Source: Zancudomyces culisetae HAW-14-8
Lineage: Eukaryota; Fungi; Kickxellomycota
Reading direction: 5' to 3'
Assembly: GCA_052426225.1 (NCBI GenBank)
Contig: JBNJNM010000007.1
Span: 682,001 to 746,000, forward strand
DNA length: 64,000 nucleotides
Shown: positions 37,410-50,365 of the stretch, in pieces
How positions within the stretch are numbered: the stretch's first letter is position 1
Layout: each line of letters begins with the position of its first letter
Program-made: the position numbers and the translations under genes
The notes under the pieces: model-generated
The model's input: the letters and a program-made list of their open reading frames with translations, nothing else
Told to the model about the DNA's origin: nothing
Databases searched by the model: none

Positions 37410-39813
37410 CTTTTATTAAAGTGTAAATCTTCGCTTATTTTGTAGTTGTTGTTCTGAATAATTATTACTTGTTCGGATACTTATCCTAATATCTTCAACA
37501 ATAATAGATAGTGTTAATTATGGTGCAACTTTAGGTTCGAAAGGGTATAGTTATAAACAGACAAAGTGCAAGTATAGATATAAAGTTTTTAGAATTGTTT
37601 TGATTATAATCAATTAAAACAACTACTATAGTCGCAAAAATATATCTATTTAAGGGTTTTCTCAATTTATATAGCAATGCTGTTTTTTTACAACCGCCAG
37701 TTATTAGCTAGTTTTAAGACGCCTGGCATTGAAATACACATTTCTATTGCCTCACGGTATTGGTCCTTTAAATCACATTTGGTATGTTTTTCCTCATAAA
37801 ATTTGTTTATATCCGCTTAAGATAGCTTGAAAAATGCCATTCGGTGAGGTTATATTTTTTTCATCCGTTCCCCTCTTGTTATCCGCTAAATCACCGAATC
37901 GAGAAATTATGCGTTGTTCCGAGTATAAAGGCTTTTCATGCTAATTTCTTTTTTCTAATAGGAAGGAGCGAAGCAGGAAATATATTGCAAAATGTTCTGT
38001 AAGCAATTGGTCTATGTATTGGTTTGGCCAATTAACGTGCGTCCTAAAAAAGCGCAGATCGATATAGCTTCGGTTTGTTTTTTACATCTAAAATGGTTCT
38101 CCAATCACATTTGTGAGTATTTTATAAACAGCAATTGTAGTGATACTGACCACCACAAAGAAAAAGCCATTGAAACTGGTTTTGAACAAACACAGTGTGG
38201 CCAAAGATAGAGCAAAGCAGTTGAATCCTTCCTCCATTATGGCTTATTTTCAAAAGAGCGCATTGATTTTGGGGATGAATGCATTTTTGAGGATTGGATT
38301 ACAAATCGAGTATTCATCATCCTAAATCCTAATGTGACTATTCTGCATCCTCTAGTATTTAAAAAAAACAAAAAGGATTAAATGGTAAAATACATGAGTG
38401 GGGAATAAAAAGTAAAGGATTGAGGGGGGTGGAAAGTGGAGAGTGGAGGGTGGAGAGTGGTGAGATGTGAGTTGAGAATAGGGGGGATTGGCAAGGAATT
38501 CGTTTTGATTAGCTCCATTCTGTTCTTTGGATTATTATAAAGAAAAATGCACCTATAAAGCTTTATAAAATAAAAAAAAGAACCCCGGCTGAGTTGGGCA
38601 CATCAAGCCAACAAAATAAAGTTGGTTATAATAGCCCAGATTTTCACATATCCCAGGATTCCAATTACAAAGAACATGATCCAATGGGCATAACCTTGAG
38701 AATTGGCCCTAACTGACATTTGAATTCAGCTGTGACCACGCATTTTGCTATTTTTAAATTTATCTCCTGGATGAGCAAATTATAAACCTGTTGTAAGATA
38801 GAATGAGGGACTTCAAAACCCACAAACATCTGGTGATCCAATATGACGAATGTTTGCTCATCTCATCCAAATGGCTATACACATCCCCTTTTGTGAGATG
38901 AAAAGATGCAGAAAATCCCAAATAAAAGCTCTTGAGCGCACAGAATACATTTGCCTCCTCCCTCCTACTTAATTTCCTTCCCCATACACAGCAAATTAAA
39001 AATGCGCACATACTACCTAAGGATAGGATTCCAGCAAATTCTTCAGATAGGCACAACAACGTACTTCATTCGTTCTTTGAGTGTAATAAACATATACATG
39101 TGTTACTTTGAATGCATAAAAAAAATTAAAAAAGCATCAAATAAATTCGGACAAAGCTGAGCTAGGGATATTCATTGAGCGGGTCTTATTTTTGGATCAA
39201 CATCAACCTCAACTCTGAATGCTCATTTTAAATCAAATATCCCAAAAAAATATATAAAAAAACTGGTAATGTATTGCCGTATTACCAGCTTCCCAAAAAC
39301 AAAAGTATTCTGGAGGGCCAATTGGTAATAATCTTGCCTTAGTATCATCGTTTTTCCGTATGGGTTAGTTTTTTATTCTATTTTATTATTTTAACTTGCT
39401 CACACCTGTATTGGTAATATTTTTTTACTAGTGTAGTAAAAAAAACATCAGATGATCAAGATTCACCTATTAACCCTTAGCATCTAAACCAACATAATTG
39501 AACTTACAATGCTGAAAAGAAATGAATAAACTCTCCTCCTCCTCCTTCTCCTCCTCCTCCTCCTCCCCACCTTAAAGCTAAAAAAAATAACATGAATGAT
39601 GTGCTAGTATAATTGCCCTGGTACAGCACATGTCTTCTCATCAACACCTCTGTTAAAAACGAAGCCTAAAATGGATTGATACAGTTTAGATAATTATATA
39701 AATAAAACCGAGTGTTTTGGTATCATCGTTTATTTTCTTTTTAGTTTAGTATATATGATATATGCTGGCAGGAACTCCTCTAAAGTAATAAAAAAAAGTA
39801 ATAAAAACTTGAA

Positions 39814-39814
<1 letters not shown>

Positions 39815-39883
<69 letters not shown>

Positions 39884-39903
39884 CCTCCCTCCCTCCCTCC
39901 CTC
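39815..39903. repeat. (CA)n microsatellite followed by (CTCC)n
   Basis: Seen directly. Confidence 0.95.
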
Positions 39904-40028
39904 CCGTACCATGGTCAATAAACTAGAAGTATGAAGATAATCCAACAACCTAACATGAGCGATACTACCAACCAATATGAGAAATGAGAGAAAAAACTCA
40001 AGCAAATGCGATATAAACATGGTTAAAC

Positions 40029-41798
40029 TCAGTAAAAGTCAAGATTAAAGAGTGCAAACAAAATGTTTTGTAGGACATGGATAGTAAGTAGAATTATTAC
40101 AGGGATTATATGAGGGTATCGTTTTAGATTCGAAACCGTGATTCCGACAATATCAATATCAAAAAGGCGGATGGAGACGAGGCTTACCGCATGAGAAACA
40201 ATCAGTTCAGAAATCCAAATGATGCAGGAGGCTTTTCGAGTCAAATCAAAGCTGTAGTGATACTCAGGCTCGTCATCAGTAGGCTTGAACTGAAAGTATG
40301 GATATAAACCCTGGTTTAGACCATAGTGGAGGATGTTTATATAGATCAAAAATGCCAGCATTGTGCTGTTTTCAGCCAGATTCCTGATGTAAAAAGTTAG
40401 CGCCAGGTTCCTTTTGTATTCTTTGTAGGGGACGGAGACAAAGCCAAAATGCAAAAGAATCTTGTAGGTAAAGGAGCACATCCTTAGTGGGATTAAAAGA
40501 ACAATAAACAGCGAACTTAGTAGCTGGATGTACACATACTGCTTTGGATCTTTGAGGCGGGCAAAGATATTTCGATAAAATACAAAGTATGTCAAGGTAA
40601 AGTACAGCTGGTAGGCATACTCCAACGGCCATGACCGAACCTTCTCAGTAATGATCCAGCTAGATATAACATCCAGAGAATTTACTATAAGAATCCATGC
40701 ATACAAAAAGATTAATCCGGCAAAATTGGTGTGAGGAATGGTGTTGACATAGGTATATCCCAGGAATTCGCCTGCCATCAGCGCCGCATACCAAAATAAG
40801 AATAGCAAACAAAACCAAAAGAAACGTCTGTACGAACTTGGCGTTCTCCATTCCAGTTCGCTGTGAAACAACGCATCTTCTTCAACCAGCCGCTTTCGAC
40901 CGCTGGTTTTTCTATAGTTTCTCTGAATCTGAATCATCGACATGATCAAAGGCAGTAAAAGGCTAATTTGAGTCAATAACATCCACAAGAGCGGCGACTG
41001 GACCAGGCTAGGGTCGTGTCTGTAAACCAGGGCGCCAGTTGCAACAGCAAGCAGCCAAGATATTGTGTTTGCTGAAACTGCTGACATCGATTCTGGCCAC
41101 CAGTTGAGAGAATAAATATGAAACAGCCTTGTCACAAGTGCCAAAGAAATTGCATTATATATTCCAAAGTACACAAACAAAAAGAAATAAAAATCAGCCT
41201 TGTATCTTTTTGTTCCATCATTCGTGTATTCTAGGTGGCTTTTTATTGGGAGAGAAACCCACAACAATACCACCAGCACCGGAAAAAACACCAAAATCAC
41301 AAATCGTCCTATCGCTCGATCCATGTAACCCTGGAGTCTTTCTTCAACAGTATTTCCTTTTGATTCTATGCTTATTAGTACATCCGACTCGCTCCACGTT
41401 CTACTTTTTTGCCTCTTAAGCCGGCTTTCTCTAAACGTTATCATATCTTCCCAGTGTGGATTGAAGTCTAAAATATTATCTGAAAATATTTCATCTTCTT
41501 CAAAGTTTTTTCGTGCAAACAAGTAATTTTCCGTGGCTTCGTTGTCAAGTGAACCATAATTTGCCATTTTTTGGGAAACTAAATTACCATTTCCATAACC
41601 ACTTTCAAACACATGGCTACCAAACGTATTGCCCACACTCGCTCTCTCACTCGCGCTTATTTTCTTTTTCTCATGTCCTCTCTTTTTCGATTGGTAACTC
41701 TGCACCGATCGTTGTTCTTCTTTTGGATGGAAATTCCAAAATTTCTTTTTTTTCAATGTGACATTCTCGCCTCTTTTCGAACTACTGGCTCGATACAA
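40029..41798 (-). CDS. Uncharacterised multi-pass membrane protein; frame stays open upstream to ~41995, true start probably in an upstream exon
   Basis: 589-aa ORF with ~10 hydrophobic segments after a hydrophilic N-terminus. Candidate acceptor tttag near 41996. Confidence 0.8.
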   Translation of the reverse strand: MYRASSSKRGENVTLKKKKFWNFHPKEEQRSVQSYQSKKRGHEKKKISASERASVGNTFGSHVFESGYGNGNLVSQKMANYGSLDNEATENYLFARKNFEEDEIFSDNILDFNPHWEDMITFRESRLKRQKSRTWSESDVLISIESKGNTVEERLQGYMDRAIGRFVILVFFPVLVVLLWVSLPIKSHLEYTNDGTKRYKADFYFFLFVYFGIYNAISLALVTRLFHIYSLNWWPESMSAVSANTISWLLAVATGALVYRHDPSLVQSPLLWMLLTQISLLLPLIMSMIQIQRNYRKTSGRKRLVEEDALFHSELEWRTPSSYRRFFWFCLLFLFWYAALMAGEFLGYTYVNTIPHTNFAGLIFLYAWILIVNSLDVISSWIITEKVRSWPLEYAYQLYFTLTYFVFYRNIFARLKDPKQYVYIQLLSSLFIVLLIPLRMCSFTYKILLHFGFVSVPYKEYKRNLALTFYIRNLAENSTMLAFLIYINILHYGLNQGLYPYFQFKPTDDEPEYHYSFDLTRKASCIIWISELIVSHAVSLVSIRLFDIDIVGITVSNLKRYPHIIPVIILLTIHVLQNILFALFNLDFY

Positions 41799-42934
41799 GT
41801 TGCCTTGACTTTTATGGTCCTTATTTTCATTGTAAATTTCTTCATAAAGCCTTTCTAATTCAGCATTGAGAATGCTTTGATCCCCATATTTATCATTGCT
41901 TTTGCTGTATCCTGCGATTATGCTACTACGCTTTAGAGGATGTTCTAATATGCTGATTCTATCTCTATTATCAAAATCACCCCCTTCCTCCTCCCCTAAA
42001 ATGTATTATTTTTTTGACATTTATTGCTATATAAAATTTATGGGAATGTCTAAATATTATACAAAAAGTATATCATACAACAATTTTTTTTATAAAGTAT
42101 ACTCATTTTACCTTCAAAATCTAAGCCCATTTTCGATATTTTTCTAGTATTGTACTGTGTTATGATAATTAGATTTTGCACTTGTTTTTTTGTGTCATTT
42201 TATAATTTACAATTTTCTTTTTACTTGTTGATAGCTTTGGCAATTAAGAATATCGAAGTTGCAATGATACTCTTTTAAATACTTGTAAGAATGAAAAGAA
42301 AAGAAAAAAAATCGAATCTAATAAATAAAATACTATTAATTAATCTCCAAGTACTCTATGTGTCTTGTTTTTTTATGAATTCTAGTTGTCAGTTATTATA
42401 TTTGTATTCCCTTAGAGTCGTATAAAAACCTGGTTTAGTTGTTAGTTTCGATTCGTGTCTTGGAGCTCTTCTATCCACATCGCATTCTATCACCAAATTT
42501 CTCCAGAAACTATCGAAGGTTGCTACTACTTTGACATTTAAATTGCAAACTAATAAATATATCCAAAAAATCAAAAGCTAAAAACTAAAAAAAATCATGT
42601 TACAGTTATTAGTGTGTAAACCACCTACCGTTTATTTATTTACACTGATTGTTTAATAGCTTATTATCATTTTCAGATTATTATTGATATAATTGACCAG
42701 TTTTGTTTAGAAGTCCCAAAATCTGTGCAACAATGTAAATGGTTTTTTTATTACTTTTATCATCTCTTATTTGCTACAAATTCAAAATCACCAGCAGTAT
42801 TTATGCTAATTTCTGCAAATGAAAAATTTGCAAGGCTCTATTTCCCTCTGTTTAATCACATGAAAGGAAAAACTCTTCATTTGTATTCAAAATCAAACAG
42901 TTGATGATGAATAAGTGTTGTTGAGGGTTGAAGG

Positions 42935-43012
42935 GTTGGAAGAGTTGAAGAGTTGAAGAGTTGAAGAGTTGAAGAGTTGAAGAGTTGAAGAGTTGAAGAG
43001 TTGAAGAGTTGG
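42935..43012. repeat. (GAAGAGTT)n minisatellite
   Basis: About 9 copies of an 8-mer. Confidence 0.95.
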
Positions 43013-44066
43013 AGGGGTAAAGGGGTAAAGGTTGTGTACTCATACAGATGCTTGAACAGCCTGGTGGAATGGTAAGTATTAAACGTGAAGTTTCTTAATA
43101 ATAAAATAGTAGCCCACACACATCCCATCATGAAAATAGCCTCTTGGTAAAATCGGTGTTATCTGTGGTACACTTATTATGAACCAACTTTAGAGTCAAC
43201 GTTAATTATAAATAACATCGAAAATCGGAACAATTACTGGGCGTGTGTACAAATGAATGATATCAAACCATAAGCATATGCGTTTCGATTAATGTCACAT
43301 GGTTTATACATCATCACCATTCCTTTATGCTTAATGCATCAACGCGAGTCTATGGTTTTGCGAGGTGGAAAATACTAATTGAAATAAAAACTATAGCTCA
43401 AGCGAGCATCCATGAATTAAAATCATATGCTCTTAATTTTAAATTTTATATCCAAGGATAATAAACACCATGTAAATATTACTACAGCATATAGCATGGT
43501 AGCTAGTTTTCCATAAACTGGGTTGTATTAATTTATATATATATTTTTTTAAATTAAAAATAAAAAAGCTAGGTTAGACATGATAATAGATGAAAACTCC
43601 CAAGGATCATAGTTATCATGGTGATGATTATATTATAACAATGCAGCTTATTGATGTACACAAGAGCCATGGTTTAGTTTAGTTCTGGCCTCAACAGTAA
43701 TATCTAGTCAGTTGGTGGCATAATTACACCAAGGAGTTCATCAACTCTGCAATAACTATTGCAACACTAAAACGGGTTTTTAAGTTTGTACTATTTAGTG
43801 GAAACACTTTTTACATGTAAACACACAAAAAAAAAAAGATGAAGGGATGAAGAGGAAGATGAATTGTTGAGAGAGAGAGAGAAAAAAAAAAGAAAAAAAA
43901 GTATATAAACAGGCACTACAACCCCTTCTGTTTGTAAATATCATCCATTCGACTTGCCAGCGTTAAAAATCACAAGTAAAGAGATATTATACTCTCCAGT
44001 AAAACAAATATTTTCGAATTGAAATAAATAAATAAATAAATAAATACAGCACCAACTTCAATAAAA

Positions 44067-44504
44067 ATGAGATTCACAAAACTCGCAGTCATCATTAGTA
44101 CCGTAGCTTTCACCTTTGCCAGTGGAGCAACAACTCAAGAACAGTGTTTCCTGACCACATGCAAGGGTAGTCCTACAGACACTGAATGTGTATCCGGATG
44201 CTTCCAACTTAAAAATGTACCCACCAACGATCAAGTGCAAAAGGCAAATGCTTGTTTTGTAGACTGTAACAAGTACCAAAGGGACTTTTATGGAAACTGT
44301 GTAATTAACTGTTTTGTGGTCCATTATAATGTGAATCAAACCTACACAAGCTTACCAAGTGCTAACTCTAGCAGTGAATTAGATAATAAAAAAAATAGTG
44401 CTAGTAGAGCTACAATTTATTTTGATAAATCAGATAACTCCATGTTTTTCACTAGTATTGGTGCTCTGATTATGTTTATGGCTTTTATGTTGGGACTATT
44501 TTAA
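44067..44504 (+). CDS. Small secreted Cys-rich protein with probable GPI anchor or C-terminal TM
   Basis: Signal peptide; 8 Cys in CxxxC-like pairs; S-rich linker; hydrophobic C-terminus; TATATAAA at ~43902. Confidence 0.8.
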   Translation: MRFTKLAVIISTVAFTFASGATTQEQCFLTTCKGSPTDTECVSGCFQLKNVPTNDQVQKANACFVDCNKYQRDFYGNCVINCFVVHYNVNQTYTSLPSANSSSELDNKKNSASRATIYFDKSDNSMFFTSIGALIMFMAFMLGLF

Positions 44505-44902
44505 GAAGAAAGGAAGAAAGGAAGGAAGGGAGTTGATCTACCAAGTAATGATATGAAAAATAAAAACAGCCAGATTCGATAATATCTTTTTGACTATAAA
44601 TATATTTTATTAATGTTAAGTTTAGTTCTTTAAGAAAGTAAAAAAATACTAGATACTGTAATAATGAGGATAACCGATATAATATATTAAAAGTGTGTAA
44701 TAGGCAGAGTTTTAAATAAAGTATCTACAAATAAAAAAGGATCGATTAAACTCCCACTCATTTCCAACTTTTATAACAAGTTTGGGTGTATCATACAACA
44801 AGACTAAAGACAGTTTTAAAATCTTTTAGAAGTTATGAAAAGAGGTTTATTTGTAAATGCATATCAGGAACTTACATTTAAAGATTGTAAAGAAAAAAAA
44901 TA

Positions 44903-47545
44903 TTAAGATCTAGATTTTTTCATTCTAGGACCAGAATATTCGGAAATATCAGAGGCGATAACAAAGTCACTAGAAGAGTTGGTATTGGGGTTGGAATTAT
45001 AACTATTAAATTTGGAAGAAGAGGAAGAAGAGGAGGAGCGCTTGGAGGAATTGGTAGAATTACTGGAATTACCCGCGGATGTAGCTTTTGAAGGTCGAGA
45101 AGGATTAGCAATAGATCTAGGAGATTCACGGAGAGCAAAGGACTTTGCAAAATGACCAAGATGGAGAGATTTAAAGTTGAAATGTGAACGCTGAGCAGAG
45201 GAATGGGTATTGTAAGCCCTTACGGAAGAAAGATAAGCATTCTTGGCAAGAGTAGCAATACTAGGAGGTGATGATGATGATGATGATGATGATGTGGTGG
45301 TGGTGGTGTTGGTCGTCGTCGTCGTGGCGGAGGAGGAGGAAGATGGTAAATTTGAGGAGGGTTTAGGATCAATGATGATCAGCAACTCAAAAATGGATTG
45401 CAGTTTGGCAGATAAAGTGACATATTGGTTTTCATAACCAGACAAGTATTTAGCAGCAAGTTTGAGTAGATCCAAGTAAGATTCATAAGAAGGAGAAAAA
45501 CCAGCAAAATTTTTGTTTGTTGAAGAAAGCGAAGTTGATAAATAATTGACATAGGAAAGCTGATTTGGCAGCAAAAACAAACAGGAAGTACCGAAATTAC
45601 CAAGTCTCGCAGTTCGGCCCACACGATGAATATAGTCATCAATAGATGTCGGTGGGTCATAATGCACGATGTTTGTGACGTAAGGTATGTCGAGACCACG
45701 TGACGCAACATCAGAACAAATCAGAATTTTGTTTGTATCTTTGTCGGAAGCAACAAAGGCGTTGGTAGTGGCAGTTCGAATCTGTTGAGAAAGGGAGCCG
45801 TGAAGTCTATAGATGTTTGTGTTTTTGAATAGGGCGCAGGTAGCGTAAATTTCAGAATCTTGGCTTTTGTTTTGGTTGTTAGAAATTACAGAATTCAAAT
45901 CAAGATCTTCATTTGCGGCAGAGGAGGAGAGTAGTGAAGAGAAATCAGCTGACGAAAACAGATTGTATAAAAAATCGACAGAATCTCTATTAGATAAAAA
46001 CACCAAGATTTTGCTACTGTTATTTTCGGCTAGTTGTTTCTTTTGTTGGTTGCGAATACAAGTATATAGCAAGAAGGCAAGAGCAACTAGACGAAGTTTT
46101 GTGGGAACAATAAGATACTCATTTCGCAATTGTGAAGGAATAGCTTGTTGCTGTTGCTGCTGGTTTGATAAAGAGTCATTGTTTGTATTTAAATCTATAG
46201 GATTATCAAGAGCAGACAGAGTAATTGGATTAACAAGAGCTAAATCAACTAGACTTTTGACGTTGTTTTTTAGAGTTGCAGAACAGAGAACTGTAGTCAG
46301 TTCTTTGGTTTGTTTAGCCTTTAAATGCGATAAAATACTAGTGATTGTGTCGTGGAAACCCATTTCAAGCAATCGATCAGCCTCGTCCAAAACCAGCCAT
46401 CCGAGCTGATCCACCCCAAACGATTGAGTATTAGTCAAATGATCCAACAACCGCCCAGGTGTACAGCAGAGAATGTTTATTCCCTTTCGAAGCCGTGCCT
46501 TTTCGCTGCTTTTCTTCTCTCCACCAATCAACACTCCACTTACAGCCCAATGGAACTTTATACCTCCATGCTTACTCAAAATTTTTGTTGGAATATTCAG
46601 TAGTTTTCTGGCGGTTTCATGAACTTGGTTTGCAAGCTCTCTGGTCGGTACTAAAACGATCGCCAGTGTACCGACACTTCGTTCCATGTCATTTTTAATA
46701 CTCTTGCTTCTATCAATTGAAAGGTTGAGAATCCAGTTTACTATCGGAACTAAATAACTAAGTGTTTTTCCACTTCCTGTTTCAGCTTGGATAAAGCTGT
46801 CGCGGTTTTTTTCAATCAGTTTTGGAATTGCAATACTTTGTATCTTTGTTGGTTTTGTGATATCCATCATCTCTCCAAGCTGGTCACGGATAACCCCATG
46901 CAAACCCTCAAAATCCTTTTTCTCCAACGTACTGTTTGAAGTTTTGTTTTGACTGTTTTGTTGAGCATTTCTTTTATCAGTCATGTTATTGGCGTGTTTA
47001 ATTGTATGCTCCAGTATGGTCGTATCTACCTTTTCGGTATTTGAAAAAAGTGAACTTGCTACTTTGATATGACTAATGGCCTTTTTCTGCTTGTTTGCCG
47101 CCTCATCCTCACCCTCGACCTCACCTCGACCTTCCTTCTCTCCATATTCTTCTCCTTCGTAATCCTCTGCTTGCATTCTATCGCCTTTTCTAGTATTATT
47201 TCTCCTTTCCACATTTGATCCAGTTGCATTTTTTGCTTCAGCCTTATTATCAAACCTTTTTGGTTCGAGTTGTGTATTTCCACTCTCTTGTTGTTTAGAT
47301 CCTAGACTTCCCGTGTTGTCGTTATTGGGCTTTCGATCGTCATTCTCAGATCCTTGCCCTGATTTTCCCTTGGATCTGGCAAGTTTGTTGAACTTACGCC
47401 GCTCTAGCTTTTTCGCAAGATGTCGCTGTCGCCAGTTCTTTCCCTTTTGATTTTTACTATCTAATGCTACAGATCGGCTGAAGACCTTGGTGCTTTTTCC
47501 GGAATCACCTGAAGTTAAATTCAGTACTATATCGCCTCCTTCCAT
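44903..47545 (-). CDS. DBP7: DEAD-box RNA helicase DBP7/DDX31
   Basis: AETGSGKTLSYL, PTRELA, GGEKKSSEKARLRKGINIL, DEADRL, SAT, HRVGRTAR, LHLGHFAKSFALRE. Confidence 0.95.
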   Translation of the reverse strand: MEGGDIVLNLTSGDSGKSTKVFSRSVALDSKNQKGKNWRQRHLAKKLERRKFNKLARSKGKSGQGSENDDRKPNNDNTGSLGSKQQESGNTQLEPKRFDNKAEAKNATGSNVERRNNTRKGDRMQAEDYEGEEYGEKEGRGEVEGEDEAANKQKKAISHIKVASSLFSNTEKVDTTILEHTIKHANNMTDKRNAQQNSQNKTSNSTLEKKDFEGLHGVIRDQLGEMMDITKPTKIQSIAIPKLIEKNRDSFIQAETGSGKTLSYLVPIVNWILNLSIDRSKSIKNDMERSVGTLAIVLVPTRELANQVHETARKLLNIPTKILSKHGGIKFHWAVSGVLIGGEKKSSEKARLRKGINILCCTPGRLLDHLTNTQSFGVDQLGWLVLDEADRLLEMGFHDTITSILSHLKAKQTKELTTVLCSATLKNNVKSLVDLALVNPITLSALDNPIDLNTNNDSLSNQQQQQQAIPSQLRNEYLIVPTKLRLVALAFLLYTCIRNQQKKQLAENNSSKILVFLSNRDSVDFLYNLFSSADFSSLLSSSAANEDLDLNSVISNNQNKSQDSEIYATCALFKNTNIYRLHGSLSQQIRTATTNAFVASDKDTNKILICSDVASRGLDIPYVTNIVHYDPPTSIDDYIHRVGRTARLGNFGTSCLFLLPNQLSYVNYLSTSLSSTNKNFAGFSPSYESYLDLLKLAAKYLSGYENQYVTLSAKLQSIFELLIIIDPKPSSNLPSSSSSATTTTTNTTTTTSSSSSSSSPPSIATLAKNAYLSSVRAYNTHSSAQRSHFNFKSLHLGHFAKSFALRESPRSIANPSRPSKATSAGNSSNSTNSSKRSSSSSSSSKFNSYNSNPNTNSSSDFVIASDISEYSGPRMKKSRS

Positions 47546-47877
47546 TTCTATACTTTAAGTGTTTGATTATACCCTGGTTTTTTGTGGTTCTATTCTTATG
47601 TTTATAATAGCTATTTACATTTACTAGTGGTAATATTAATGCTCTCCTGCTTTTTACTGTAAAATACCTTTCTGTCCTTGTTTTGATCCACAATATATAT
47701 ACTATGAAAAAAAATTAAAATTAAAAAATTTTCAGCGAAAAAAAAAACCAAATTTGAATGGGAAGTACTTATTGGCTAATTTAAATGAAATAAATGATGG
47801 AATTGGTGGTAAAAAAAAATTAAAAAAAGGATGGAATAGCAAAATAATGCAATAAAAAAAAATAGAATACTATCTCG

Positions 47878-50365
47878 TTAATCGCAAATGATCTTGGAAT
47901 CAAGTTCAGTGAATTCGTGGAAAAAGGCCTTGAAGAGATCAATGGAAAATTTGACATCATCCGTGCCCATCGTTTCCCGAATACTGTGCATTCCGAGCAT
48001 AGGATTTCCAACATCTATAAAATATATAAAAAAGTGTTGGAAATGGTTTGGCGATTATTTACAAATTGTGCAGAAAGAAAAAGCAAATTATCGAAATAAA
48101 TATAATGAGATTAAGAACTAACCTATTGTTCTAATGCCAAGGTTGGAGCTGATAAGTGGGCCAATGGTAGAGCCGCATGGTGAATCGTTGCGGACCACAA
48201 ACTCTTGAATGGGGAGCTGGTGTCTCTTTGCTAGGACTTTTAGAGCCAAAGAAGTAGCATAGGTTGTGGCGTATCTCTGGTTGGCATTTATTTTGATTAC
48301 AATACCACCATTCATTTTTGGAGCGTGGTTTTCCTCGTGTTTTTCACTAGTTTGAGTAGTGAAAAAAAATAATTAAGAAATGATTACAAGACGCAAAGAA
48401 GCTAAAAGGGGGAAATAAATAGAAAATAAAAACTTACGAGTAGTTTGGATGAATGGCATGGGCCATATCAGCAGAAATCAAAAAGCTGTTGGCTATACAC
48501 TCTTCGAATGCACAAGGCGAGCCAAAGGCGTTCAAGCGCCTCAGAGTTGATTCTAGCAGCATTGAGTCGGCACCATATGCAGAGCGCGATCCAATTTCTT
48601 CATTATCAAACAGTGCAATCATCCGGATGCTTTTGTCTTGCTCAATTGAGTACGATGGGTCATCCAAACTTCTTAGCAGAGCCTCGACGGAACAGTACGA
48701 ACTGTTGAGATTATCGAGCCTGGGTGAAAAGATAAAGTCGTTTGATATTCCTCCGACTGATGATGGTTGCGTGTCATATAAACACAACTCAAAGTCATTG
48801 ATTTGACTTACTATTATTTATTATTATTTTTTTTACTCGGTTAATCTCAAAGTATATACATCAATAATAACAATATAATAATAAAAATAAACCAACCTTG
48901 AACGCCCAATTTGTCTGCAATCCGAGTCAGAAGCAACGTGTGATGGTTTGCATCGATTGTTGCCTCTGTTACAGTTCCATTATCGCCACTTACATCCTCT
49001 TTTGCTGCTCGCTCATTCGTTCCATTAGCCCTAATTATCCATAATCAACTTCAATGTTACCACACCAACTCATTCCTCGTCTAGTACATTGAAGGTGCCG
49101 CAATCGCTTTAGTTTACTCGATACTTACATTTTGTTAACCAATCCAATTATTGGTGTCACGTGTGTTTCCTTGTTGTATTTAAATGCTTCAGAAATTGAT
49201 CTGTCCAGATGAATCGCTAAGCTTGGTATCTTCATAATTGGTCTATTCAATTCAGTTATTTTTTTTACAATGTTTTATGCTTCCTTTATCAATTTAACAA
49301 CATAGATACCTATAATGAGAAAAAAAAACAAATAGTTAAAGTAATAACCTGACTTACTCATCAATTCGAACCAATTCTCGCTTATAAACACCCTCTTCCG
49401 TTTCCACCATAACTACTCCCGCCACACTAAGATCTCTGTCAAACCATGTATGCCTATAGTATTTATTTATTCCATTCATCTTTGAACTTTATTCCTTTTT
49501 TTTTATTCTCCATACTACCAACTCCTTACCATAACCCTCCTCCATATAATTGAACTCCCACTTTAAGATATCCCACGTTCTGCTTTTTCGAAACTGGTTT
49601 AAGCTATTTATCATTTTTTTTTATCAAAACTCTAAAGCCTCCGCCTTTATATCAATTCTTTTACAATAACACCCATATATCCATCTAAAAGCAATACCTT
49701 TAAACATGGACTGTCTGTATGTGCTGCAATAACATTAACTCCATTACCGCATTCCTATTTATTTTTAGTTTTAATCTGTTCAATATAGCACTCCTTTCCC
49801 TCCTTACTTTAGCCATCATTGATGTGCTTTTTTGTTTTCAAACTTGGCTTTAAAGCTTCCATACTGTATATATATGTATGTATACAAATATCAAGGTAAT
49901 ATGGATATTTTTGAGATATATCACACTTACATATTGCCCGCCCACCACAAATGCTACAATACTCGAACCATTTCGCGTAAAAAAGTATCTACCAAACGGT
50001 TTAAGTGTCGATGAATCCCATCTTGATTTCTCCTTCAGCTCCACAAAGTTCTCCTTAAGCAACTTTTTGCGAACCTGATCGACGGCATGGAAGGGACTCG
50101 GTGCGTTGTTGACAAAGCTTACAAACCGCTCCGCTTCAACCAAAAATTCGTCTCTCATGGCTGTTGCTCCTGATGTTTTTGTTATTCCCGACATTTTATC
50201 ACTTGAGAGTGTTACACTGCTATTTTTTTTGCTTGTTTTTTGTGAAGGGTTACTGATTTTGTTTATTTGTTTGCCTGAGCTAAGTTTTGTTATACTTATT
50301 CCTCTTTTACTTGTCTTGATTGATACAGCTGGTTTAAAACAACTTTTTAGAATTCTTTTTAACAT
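47878..50365 (-). CDS. APE4: Aspartyl aminopeptidase (M18 family, APE4/DNPEP), multi-exon
   Basis: SPFHAV, YFFTRNGSSIVAF, AHTDSP, RLDNLNS, FDNEEIGS, SADMAHAIHPNY, VRNDSPCGSTIGP; last exon DVGNPMLGMHSIRE. Confidence 0.95.
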
